A stretch of 63,988 nt of DNA, the filler included, from Collodictyon triciliatum (Eukaryota): the NCBI GenBank assembly GCA_043381765.1. It is 6 parts of 6 records of this genome, joined end to end, with 100 filler letters (N's around TTAATTAATTAA, not from the genome) between each part and the next. Parts side by side here need not be neighbours in the genome. Positions count along the whole stretch, not along the records: positions 10,801 to 21,486 come from JBHJMP010002594.1; positions 21,587 to 32,272 come from JBHJMP010002595.1; 4 more parts are not named here. One strand, given 5' to 3'. Shown in pieces: positions 13,711 through 22,870 of the stretch; the first letter of the stretch is position 1, and every line of letters begins with the position of its first letter. A model generated the notes under the pieces. It saw nothing but the letters and a program-made list of their open reading frames with translations, was not told the DNA's origin and did no database searches. A program made the translations under genes and the position numbers.

Positions 13711-16700
13711 CTACTTTGTGAACTTGCCGTTTGTCTTCATGAGGACACCAAAGAGGTTGAGCTCCGAAGAGGAGAATGTCGGCGTTTGACTCAGCGTAGA
13801 GCGCTGTGCTGAGGGAGACTTCGATGGCAAACTCGCCTTTGTTGGAGGTGAGCTTTTCTCCTGGCGGCGGAAAAGAATATGAGTGTTTTCGTTCAGATGG
13901 TCAAACGGTTGGGTGTGGCACAAACAGGAAGACAATGATGATGTTTCAGGGTGAGAGAGAGGGAAGGAAGGAAGGAAGGAAGGAAGAGAAAGAATCCATT
14001 TATGATGGCATTGACGTGCAACAACAGTGTAAAGGATTGGCTGTATCATGGCAAGCGAAAAAGAAAGAGGTATGTGGTTCACGGACCTCGTCTTTGAAAG
14101 AGTGATTACTCGAGCTATTCTCGCAGTTGAAGACAAAGCGCTTCATAAGTCCGGCTGAGTTGGACGGTTTACTCGGTCGGGTGTCTTTTGCTGCTTTGTT
14201 CAAATAGGAGCCAAACATGCCTGCCTGAAAGTACAAAGGAATGATTGTTAAAGAAAAACGTATCTGATGAAATCACACAAGAGACTCATATTGAAGCGCA
14301 GTTGTAACATTTCCTTCGTATTCTCGTTTGTTTGAGTCTGCACAAAAGGAGACTCATAAGTGGCTGGTTATTAGTCAAAGTGGTGTGAGGTGTTACCTTG
14401 GAGATACCCAAAGTTGAGGAAAGTGGGCTCATTTCACTTCTAAAAGAGATGCTTGTGCCTGCTAATTTCAAAGTGGGTGGTGATAGATTGAGTAATCAAA
14501 GAGAATAATATAGCTCATATGTCGAGTGGATACTTCAAGTATATCACAGGATTAAGAAGCGACGACATAGAGCGCATCTGAGCCACAAATAACAACCTCC
14601 ATTTGACGACCTGGAGTTTTCGTTGTCATAAGCTGGCTGAATCAATCCTAGTAATGAATTGCTGGCTGAATCGTCACCAAGGAGGCTTGTTTCGACAACG
14701 CCTGACTGTTATGTATAACTTAATATTTTTTTTAAAAAAAAAAAAAACAATGTGGGTCATGGCGATTTCATAGTCTTGCTCAAATAGTCATGTGAAATTA
14801 TTGCAATTGATAGTTCTGACTCACTTCATTGGCAGAGTTCTTCATTCTCTTCCGAATTCTTTTCAATCGCTTGTGTATTGATTCTGCATCTTCTCCTTCA
14901 TCTTCAGAGTCTGAAAGAAAGCTGGTGTTGCTCTCTGATAGTAAACCTGTTTGCATTTTCTCAAATCTCGCATTTCTGCGGCTCCTTCTGATTGAAAAGC
15001 GAATCATCTCCAATTCTGAAACATCTTTGGCGTCTGCTGTTATAAATGAATTGATTCTTTCCATGTCATCCATGTGCTTCTGCTCCTCCCATCGGCGATG
15101 TTCTTCAACAGCCTCTTTGTCGTGTCTTTGGTCAATATCTTCATTCTTTGCAAACATCCTTTTGTCTTCTTCTGTGGCGATTTCAGGTCTTAGCAGGTCC
15201 TCCAAATCTTTCGCATGCGTCTCCATCAAATCCTCTCCTTCCGAGTCGGAGTTTTCCCCATCTCTTACTAACTGTCGGTATTCAGCTGGGAGTGTGACCC
15301 GTTTCAAGAAGGCCTTGTCACGTTCTTCGACCTCATCGACTAGTTGGACAAGGTCACTCTCCCTATGTCCGGACACCAATCCTTGCTTTTCTGTAACGCC
15401 TATCTGCGGTTCAACGTCAAAACCATCTGCTTCATCATTAGCATTTTCGCTTTCCTCTCCACCATCCTCGCTCTCATCACTCTCAATCTCTTCTTCGCTG
15501 CTCATAGAAAGCTCATTTGAAGCATGGGCCGTATTTTCATCATGCACTGTATGAGAGAATTCAGAATTGAGATTGTCTTCCTCTTCATTTGAAATATTGC
15601 TATTCGATTGATGCTTCATCTCCGTATTCGTTTCTGGAATTGGTTCTGACACGATGACACAATCATTCACTTTGGAAAACTCAATCTTTTCAAGGTTGAT
15701 TTGCTCTGCAGCGGCGGCGTCATCTTCTTCTATAATCTCTATCCGGCGGTACTTTTTTGCCTTCATAATTGGACTCGAGCTGGTCTGCTCATCAATCGGA
15801 GTGTTAGAGATATCATCCCCAGGCTGTACAATTTGATCGGGTGTGTCATCAACTATACTCTCCTCCACATCATTTGCATCAGTCACACGCAGCAATCTCT
15901 TCTTTCCGCGAACGATGGACAAATCATGTTCCTATGTTTTCATGATCGAATGGTAAGGTTTTCTTTTTGAGACAGCACATAATGGTGTATCAGAGATATG
16001 TTCGTCACAATAATGCATCAAAGATATTAGAAAATATAATATGGAATATAATTCGTATCCTGGAGAGAGCGAATACCAATAACTCATTTCTCGTCAAGAG
16101 AACACCACTATCTACCGCATCTGGAACGCCAGAAACCGAGTCATTCGCACCATCACCTTCGTACTCATTATCTTGATCATCGTCTTCGCGAGCGTCCGAT
16201 TCCTCGCTGAAAGTTTGGCTATCGCCACTTGCTTCGCTTCCTGCGGAAACCGAATCGGCGTCATCCTCCAAGTCATTTTCCTCAAAATCTTCGTTCTCTT
16301 TTCCAAACAAAAATCCTGCATCTTGTTCATCCTGTTCGTCATTATTTCGTTTATTTCAATATACATAATAAATTATTAAGATAAGAGTGGATGTGCTCAG
16401 ATTGACTACTCATCCATTCATGTCATCCAACAACAACAAAAGCTTAATTGTATCACAATCACATCAGATGATATCTTGAAATTATAATTTTCACGGTTTG
16501 AATATAAAACAGAAGTTAAAAATGGTAAAACCTCAGACAATTCCTCGTTATCCATCTTATGCTCGTCCATCATTTCTTCCCACTCCCTCTCTCGCAAACC
16601 ATTCAACCGTTCTTTGAGATCCATTTTTACCAATTCGCGACGATTTATGTTCGAAGATAAAGCAGGCGCCACTTGTTTCAAAACTATTAATCCATTGTCC

Positions 16701-17685
16701 TGTTTCGTTTTCATGAATGTTAGTGTACAATTCATACAACCAATCCATATTTCTATATGTGAAGAAAAGTATGCAACAAAGGATTCTCTTGTGATACTAA
16801 AATTCAACAAACCTCATCTGACGCATCATTCGATTCACTTTCTGACTCTGCGAGCTCCGCCTTGAGGATATTTCCAATGCATCGGTCGTGACTCAGTTTC
16901 GGACTTTCTTTCACCTGGATGAGCTTCTCTCTTTTGTTCAAAGTAAATCGGTAAGATTATTTTCATTTTTTTCACAAATGTTGACTATCCAAATTGAGTT
17001 TTCGAATGAACTCTACCAACCACCGATACTTAATGTTTAAGATTTTGAAATCAAGAACGGCTCACAAACAATTTATGTATACAATAACTCATGAACTTCA
17101 TGTGTTATTGTGCCCATCATAATGTAGTGAACCATTTTGGAAGCAAGGAAAACAAAAACACACCTTAGTTCGATATTCTGCTTGACTTTTTCTTTCGTCC
17201 TCGCCAGAAGTTCTTTGATCGAGCTTCGCTTCACTTGGGCGGTGGGCAATTGAACATCGCTGTCTGCGCAGACAACGAATATATAAGGGTGAAGACGAAT
17301 ATTCGAGGATATCTGAGTAAGCAACACCCTCAATTTAACTGATGGGGAAAAAAACTACTCTATGTTTCAGGGAATCGATAACAACATACAAATCTGATAT
17401 AAAGGCGTCTACTATGATTAAGATAAATCTATTTAAAAAAGCCACGATAGATAAAGATACCTCTGGCCAAGCGCTCTGTTTCAAGGGCAAGCTTCTGAGT
17501 CTCTGATAATTTTGCCTGTATGTTTATTGCTTGCTTTTTTATTGTTGTTCTAATTGGTCCTTTAATAAGATAATTTTCATGGCAATTGGCCCCAAAGTCT
17601 GACAAGAAATGTTACATAAATTTTATAAAATCACCATCGAAATATGCGCAGTAGGTATTTGCTTAAGCTTGGAAACTTCCGTCAT
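13711..17685 (-). CDS. Claspin/Mrc1-like replication checkpoint mediator (multi-exon; 5' end uncertain)
   Basis: Exons give AKLSETQKLALETERLAR/DSDVQLPTAQVKRSSIKELLARTKEK, resembling the Claspin ETQRLxRES-x-x-LP motif. Also long acidic tracts, an MRC1-like segment (DLEDLL...EEHRRWEEQKHMDDMERI) and C-terminal GSYL...KRFVF. Confidence 0.6.
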
Positions 17686-17695
17686 TCTGACGTGC

Positions 17696-17737
17696 TGATA
17701 TTTATTTATTCTAGGTATATAGAATAAATAAATATCA
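17696..17737. other. Perfect 18-bp AT-rich inverted repeat with 6-nt loop
   Basis: TGATATTTATTTATTCTA-ggtata-TAGAATAAATAAATATCA; the arms are exact reverse complements. Confidence 0.9.
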
Positions 17738-17814
17738 TTTATTACGGCATTTTTATCGATGTAAATACAATTCGATTTCCCAGCCTACACGACAAAAAAT
17801 CATATCCCGAATAT

Positions 17815-18777
17815 ATGAACGAAAATAATATTGGTCATTATTATTTACCTGGAAAATTTGCCTCTGATTTTCTTACAAAGTCAAAGCTGAAAAATATATT
17901 TTCTATTTTTTTTGGAATTTCTTCTAAATCACCGCCCAACCTTCATATAAAATTTGAAAAAGAGTACAAAAAAACTGTTCAAAATATATTAAAATTGTGC
18001 ACAATACTTACTTATTTTATGTATTTGTGTCCAAGTTCAAATTACGGAATCTTGGTCGACCATATCCTGAACTATATATTTATTGATTCTTCTAGAGCTG
18101 TATTGTCAAAGTTTATTCAAAAAAATAATTGGGATAAAGGAAACTTTATAGCCCAATACACCAAATTTTGCAGACTCGTTTTCTTCTTTGTTCATTTGTA
18201 TTTTATCTTTATGGGAAAAAATATTTTTACCGAAAATCAAATCAATAACATGAACGATAAAATTTTTATTTTTATAAACACATTAAACGATTTTGTCTAC
18301 ACCATCTTTGGAAAACTATTTTACAATACACAATTATCTCTACAAAAAGAATCTCTCTTTGTCGCTTCAACTATCCTTATCGACAAGTCTATTAAAATAG
18401 CAACTACTAAATTATCCATATATCTCGCTCAAGAAACACGAAAATACGATAATAAAAATAGCGGTAATAATAACAAAAAAATAGTAAACATACACCCGAA
18501 TCAAGATTTAATTATTAATTTACCGAGCAACTCTTTTTTAAATTTTATCACAAAATCTACTTACTCTTGTGTTAATAATTTTATAATTTTTATAAATTAT
18601 ATATTTAGTTCTGGCGAATCTATTGAATATATAAGTAATATTGATGATATTATTAATAATAATCAATTCAACAATGACAACAACCCGAATAATTCATTTT
18701 TCAGTGCAATGTCCAATTTAGATGTAGATGATTCGTTTCACTCTATAAATAATAATAATTTTAATTATACATCATAA
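17815..18777 (+). CDS. Intronless hypothetical protein, 320 aa, N/I/F/K-rich
   Basis: Uninterrupted 963-bp ORF in very AT-rich DNA; no recognisable motif. Confidence 0.7.
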   Translation: MNENNIGHYYLPGKFASDFLTKSKLKNIFSIFFGISSKSPPNLHIKFEKEYKKTVQNILKLCTILTYFMYLCPSSNYGILVDHILNYIFIDSSRAVLSKFIQKNNWDKGNFIAQYTKFCRLVFFFVHLYFIFMGKNIFTENQINNMNDKIFIFINTLNDFVYTIFGKLFYNTQLSLQKESLFVASTILIDKSIKIATTKLSIYLAQETRKYDNKNSGNNNKKIVNIHPNQDLIINLPSNSFLNFITKSTYSCVNNFIIFINYIFSSGESIEYISNIDDIINNNQFNNDNNPNNSFFSAMSNLDVDDSFHSINNNNFNYTS

Positions 18778-18966
18778 ACTTTAATTTTTATGTCGCAGCA
18801 CTTATTTTATATTTTGCTTCATTACTGTGTTATTTCACTTTAATAACACATTTTATACATATTTTAAAGATACTGTCTTTTGGCCAATTTACATAGACTA
18901 CCTATTTATTTTGTTTATCAATATAAAATTAAATTATCCACTTTTTTTTATTATATATATTATATT

Positions 18967-19431
18967 ATGAGTGAACTGCCCAAATTTAAACCGCCAAAAT
19001 ACATACTACATACACCTATAGTCATTCAGCCGAATGGAACAAATCCGAGTCTCAGTCCTAAATTTCATTTTCTCAACCGGATTAATATTGCAAACAACAG
19101 AGCAATACAACTTTTATACAGAGACGCTTATCACAGACAACTATTGAAATCACAAAGAAATAATAGGCTTAGACCAAACTCTATGTCAAACTCTACTTCC
19201 AACTCTACGTCCAACTCTACGTCCAACTCTACGTCCAACTCTACGTCCAACTCTACGTCCAACTCTACGTCCAACTCTACGTCCAACTCCAGTAGAATCA
19301 ATCACAATAGCAATCGTCCACCTGTTAATTACTCGACGCCACCAAATAGCCCCCCTCCAAACAATCAGCGACTCCGTAATCCATCAAGATTTATGCTTAC
19401 CGCCCCTATGACCTATTATAGTAATAGTTAA
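18967..19431 (+). CDS. Intronless hypothetical protein, 154 aa, with NSTS repeats and a Pro/Asn-rich tail
   Basis: ATG at 18967 after TATATATATTATATT; MSELPKFKPPKYILHTP...(NSTS)n...PPNSPPPNN. The ORF-track TTG start at 18880 is less likely. Confidence 0.7.
   Translation: MSELPKFKPPKYILHTPIVIQPNGTNPSLSPKFHFLNRINIANNRAIQLLYRDAYHRQLLKSQRNNRLRPNSMSNSTSNSTSNSTSNSTSNSTSNSTSNSTSNSTSNSSRINHNSNRPPVNYSTPPNSPPPNNQRLRNPSRFMLTAPMTYYSNS
19177..19290 (+). repeat. 12-bp coding tandem repeat AACTCTACGTCC (NSTS)
   Basis: Seven perfect copies at 19201-19284 plus degenerate flanking copies. Confidence 0.95.
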
Positions 19432-19569
19432 TATAAAATTACTTTATATTTTACATCAAAATAAGTTTAGTTTATCATTTTTGTTTATTCAATTCAAAAT
19501 TATAAGTTGGTTTAATTATAATATTTATTTTCTATATGCTAAAATCATTAATAATTTATTATTATATAT

Positions 19570-20880
19570 ATGGAAACAAAAGTTTCGAGCAGGTCTAAAA
19601 TTAAATATGAAGGCAATTTAATTGGCATTGGCGGCTTCGGCGACGTTTTCCAACCTCCACTGCCCTGCAAACTCTCTGCCACAAACCACAAATTTAATAC
19701 GTACAACACCAATGAATATGTTGGCAAATGTTTTAATGATATGAAAGCCGCGCAGGCTGAATACAGATTACAGAAAAAAGTCAATAAAATCGACCCTCAT
19801 CATCTATTCACACTATGTGTTTGGCAAATATGCCCCATCACTTTATCTAAAGACCTCGCCTCTCAAATTCTTGAAAAAAACCCATATCTCGCTCAAATAC
19901 ACCCCAATGGGCCTAAATACAAGGCACAGATTATCTCTGACTACGGCGGATCTTATTTTCTCAATTCTCTGCAGGCCTCCCAACCACTTTTTGAACAATC
20001 CTCTTTCCCTAACTTATTCATACGGATTATTTTTTTTATTGAAAACATGGCCCGCATGAACCACGCTGGCCTCTTTCACTTTGATATCAAAGAAAACAAC
20101 GTCTTGTACAACTTCAATAGAAACCTTATTACAATGATCGACTACGGCTTTATCTCTCATTCCGTTAAGCAACGCATCAAACCATTTTTGTCCCCCAGAT
20201 ATATGGGCGGAGGCGTTTACAATGTACCGCCTGAAATGAGACTAATCAGCGGCATTCTTTATGAATACAAACTGTCTCACTCTCAAAAAACCAAAAATTC
20301 TCTTGACTTTAGATATGCGAATGTGGATTTAATACAACATATATTTAATAAATTATCTACCTTACCTCCACCAGCCAATATTGGAAAGACAAAGCCCGGC
20401 AAGAAATACCTTCAAATGTTTACTCGATTCTCCAAATGGTACCAAAAACCCGCTGACGATGCTATTTTTATGAATATCAATTCATCCATATATCACAAAA
20501 TTTTAAAAGCTATTCTACTATATGCTAGAAACAAAGACAAGACTCCTATCTACAACATATTTGATAAAAAAATCATGAAGCAAAGGTTTGAATCTTGGTC
20601 TATGGGATTTCTCTTATTTAACTGGTTCGTAAATATGTACTCTTACTTTAAAAAATACACTACACACAAAAAAGTTATCGAATACATGCTCGGTGTTATC
20701 TGCAACGACTTGATACAATCCGATGTCTCTAAACGCCTCTCCATGCCGCAGTTCTTTAACAAAATTAACTCTTTCCTCAAACAAAATCATCCGACTCTTT
20801 ATAAAGAATGCAAAATCTTTTCTAGACAAACCAAAAAAATGCACTCTCAAATGGAGTGGTGCACTCATACAAAGTCGTAA
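19570..20880 (+). CDS. Intronless Ser/Thr protein kinase, giant-virus (NCLDV)-type
   Basis: Gly loop LIGIGGFGDVFQPPLPC, VGK lysine, AEY glutamate, KIDP, HFDIKENN catalytic loop, IDYG, VPPE, ESWSMG. Confidence 0.9.
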   Translation: METKVSSRSKIKYEGNLIGIGGFGDVFQPPLPCKLSATNHKFNTYNTNEYVGKCFNDMKAAQAEYRLQKKVNKIDPHHLFTLCVWQICPITLSKDLASQILEKNPYLAQIHPNGPKYKAQIISDYGGSYFLNSLQASQPLFEQSSFPNLFIRIIFFIENMARMNHAGLFHFDIKENNVLYNFNRNLITMIDYGFISHSVKQRIKPFLSPRYMGGGVYNVPPEMRLISGILYEYKLSHSQKTKNSLDFRYANVDLIQHIFNKLSTLPPPANIGKTKPGKKYLQMFTRFSKWYQKPADDAIFMNINSSIYHKILKAILLYARNKDKTPIYNIFDKKIMKQRFESWSMGFLLFNWFVNMYSYFKKYTTHKKVIEYMLGVICNDLIQSDVSKRLSMPQFFNKINSFLKQNHPTLYKECKIFSRQTKKMHSQMEWCTHTKS

Positions 20881-20923
20881 TTTATTCACGTTTATAATTT
20901 AAAGATTGCTTCATTTTTAAATT

Positions 20924-21430
20924 ATGGCCAACTTTTTTTATTCTATTTTTAATTCTTTTTTTAAAAGAGAAACCAATATACAAGAAAATAATGAAAAAAC
21001 CAATGAACAAATACGATATGATGAAATAATGAATGAGAAAATACTAAATGAGCAAATTAAAAACGAACAAATTCAATATGAGAAAATTAGATATGAGCGT
21101 ATACGAAATGAGCGAATCAAAAACGAACAAATTAGAAATGAGCGTATAAGAAACGAACAAATACAAAGTGAACTAATAAGAAACGAACAAATACAAAGTG
21201 AACTAATAAGAAACGAACAAATACAAAGTGAACTAATAAGAAACGAACAAATACGAAACGAGCAAATACAAAACGAACAAATACGAAATGAACTGGAGCT
21301 GATTTGCAGTAAAGATAATGAAAAAGAATTTTTTTTGCAAAATAGTATTTATAAAAAAATAAATTACAAAGAATTAATCGATACCACCGGTATGCGCGGA
21401 ACTGAAATTTTCATTTTTAACAAATACTAG
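20924..21430 (+). CDS. Intronless hypothetical protein, 168 aa, with (R/K)NEQI pentapeptide repeats
   Basis: Open 507-bp ORF with repeated NEQI/NERI/SELI units; its TAG lies within the CTAG of the Helitron-like end. Confidence 0.7.
   Translation: MANFFYSIFNSFFKRETNIQENNEKTNEQIRYDEIMNEKILNEQIKNEQIQYEKIRYERIRNERIKNEQIRNERIRNEQIQSELIRNEQIQSELIRNEQIQSELIRNEQIRNEQIQNEQIRNELELICSKDNEKEFFLQNSIYKKINYKELIDTTGMRGTEIFIFNKY
21151..21240 (+). repeat. 30-bp coding tandem repeat x3 (NEQIQSELIR)
   Basis: AAACGAACAAATACAAAGTGAACTAATAAG, three exact copies. Confidence 0.95.
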
Positions 21431-21486
21431 CCGTGGTGCCCGTGCTTCGCACAGGGAAAAGAAAAAAAAGAAAAAAAAGAAAAAAA
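21427..21486 (-). mobile_element. Helitron-like 3' terminus; element body runs rightward into the scaffold end
   Basis: Minus strand reads CCCTGTGCGAAGCACGGG-CACCACGG-CTAG|T: GC-rich hairpin, 8-nt spacer, CTAG, then T. Confidence 0.7.
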
Positions 21487-21586
21487 NNNNNNNNNNNNNN
21501 NNNNNNNNNNNNNNNNNNNNNNNNNNNNNNTTAATTAATTAANNNNNNNNNNNNNNNNNNNNNNNNNNNNNNNNNNNNNNNNNNNN
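21487..21586. other. Artificial scaffold spacer
   Basis: 44N-TTAATTAATTAA-44N. Confidence 0.97.
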
Positions 21587-21680
21587 ATAAAAACATAAAA
21601 ACATAAAAACATAAAAACATAAAAACATAAAAACATAAAAACATAAAAACATAAAAACATAAAAACATAAAAACATAAAA
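21587..21680. repeat. (ATAAAAAC)n repeat
   Basis: Seen directly at scaffold start. Confidence 0.95.
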
Positions 21681-21755
21681 ACAAAAACAAACACAATAAT
21701 TTTTTCCTAATAGAGGCCAAAGTAAAGCTAAAAAAAAAAGCGGGAAAAAAGGGAG

Positions 21756-22870
21756 ATGGGCGCAACATCGTCAGTGAGCAGAGGCCAGCAGCGCCAACGA
21801 GGGCGGGAGCGGGAGCTCGACTTAGAGGCAGAGCAAGCGCGAGCGGCGCGGCAAAGAGTTTCAGAGCAGGAGCAGGAGTTGGAGGCCGAGCGCCGAGTCA
21901 TGCGACGCCTGATTGCAACTGCCCAGCAGCCGTCAAGCGGCCGAGCCTTTGCAGGGTCGGGCCAAAGACCAGACATTCTGGAAGGCAGCCGCGCTCTTTC
22001 GGCCCGACTCGAGCCGCTGCCCACGTCCTTTATGATTGGACAGTCGCCGGAGTCTGTGGCTGCGGCTGCAGCTGCGATGGGATTCCCATTCCCTTCGGCC
22101 TTGGCTGCGATTGCCGATGCTGCAAATCACCAGGGAGCCGCAAGTGCCGAGTTGGTGCTGTCTTCACCCCCACATCCTTCTCTGGCTTCTGCCGCATCTG
22201 CCCAACACGCCATCGGCAGTATCGGGATGCAGCCTCTCGATGGCCGCCACAACTTCTACTTCGCCACTCCGACACGGGTGGGCTTTGGTGGGGATGCCTT
22301 TCCTTGCAACAGCAGATACGGCGTGAAAAGTCAAAACAGATGACACACATAAATGGCGATAGTGATCGTCATAATTATTTTTTCCCTTTATTCGAATGAT
22401 TGTCATAATCTTAACAAAAAAAGAGGCTGTTTTGTGGATTTTGTGATTGGTCCATTAGATTTCTTGTATTTTTTTATTTTATATTGTGTAATGAGTTAAT
22501 ATAAAACACGTTTACAATAGAGTTTAAGGAGGACGGCTTATGGAGTAACTTGCCTCTGAATCTTGTGATATTCATCCCGTCGAGTCCGACATTCGAAATA
22601 CGCGCCGTCTCAGAGAGGCTTTTGCAACACCTCGAATCGCAGCACACGAGGGTTTACACAGAAGGTGATTGCGAGCGGCTGGAGCCAACAGATGCGGAGT
22701 GTGTCATTTGCCACGAGGTCTTTGCGCCTGGTCATCAAGTTTGTCACTTGCCTTCCTGCGCTCATCACTTCCACATGTCCTGCATTCGGCCGTGGCTGCA
22801 ACGCAGCAATACCTGCCCACTTTGTCGCTGTGTGGCTATTCGACCGGCCGGGTCGTCTTCGTCCCCCTGA
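21756..22870 (+). CDS. RING-H2 E3 ubiquitin ligase, probably N-myristoylated (2 exons)
   Basis: Starts MGATSS. Exon 2 has CVICHEVF...LPSCAHHFHMSCIRPWLQRSNTCPLCR (C3H2C3). The intron donor position is uncertain. Confidence 0.85.

Larger units (their letters stand above)
17815..21430 (+). mobile_element. Putative endogenous giant-virus-like DNA block (4 intronless ORFs)
   Basis: Co-oriented intronless ORFs with short AT-rich spacers, TA-rich context before each ATG, N/I/K/F/Y-biased proteins and a giant-virus-style kinase. All host genes here are intron-rich. Confidence 0.6.

Noticed and set aside
14829-15554. 241-aa plus-strand ORF
   Set aside because: Antisense shadow of the acidic Claspin-like exon
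21151-21240. 30-bp repeats as a CRISPR array
   Set aside because: Head-to-tail with no spacers, in frame within an ORF, no cas genes, eukaryotic context
17815-21430. Bacterial operon or contaminant
   Set aside because: No Shine-Dalgarno-like purine tracts before the ATGs, and the kinase and repeat proteins look viral; not fully excluded without a search
17815-21456. Virus-like ORFs as cargo inside the Helitron
   Set aside because: Hairpin-CTAG polarity places the element body to the right of 21427, so the ORFs are flank rather than cargo unless another end is found
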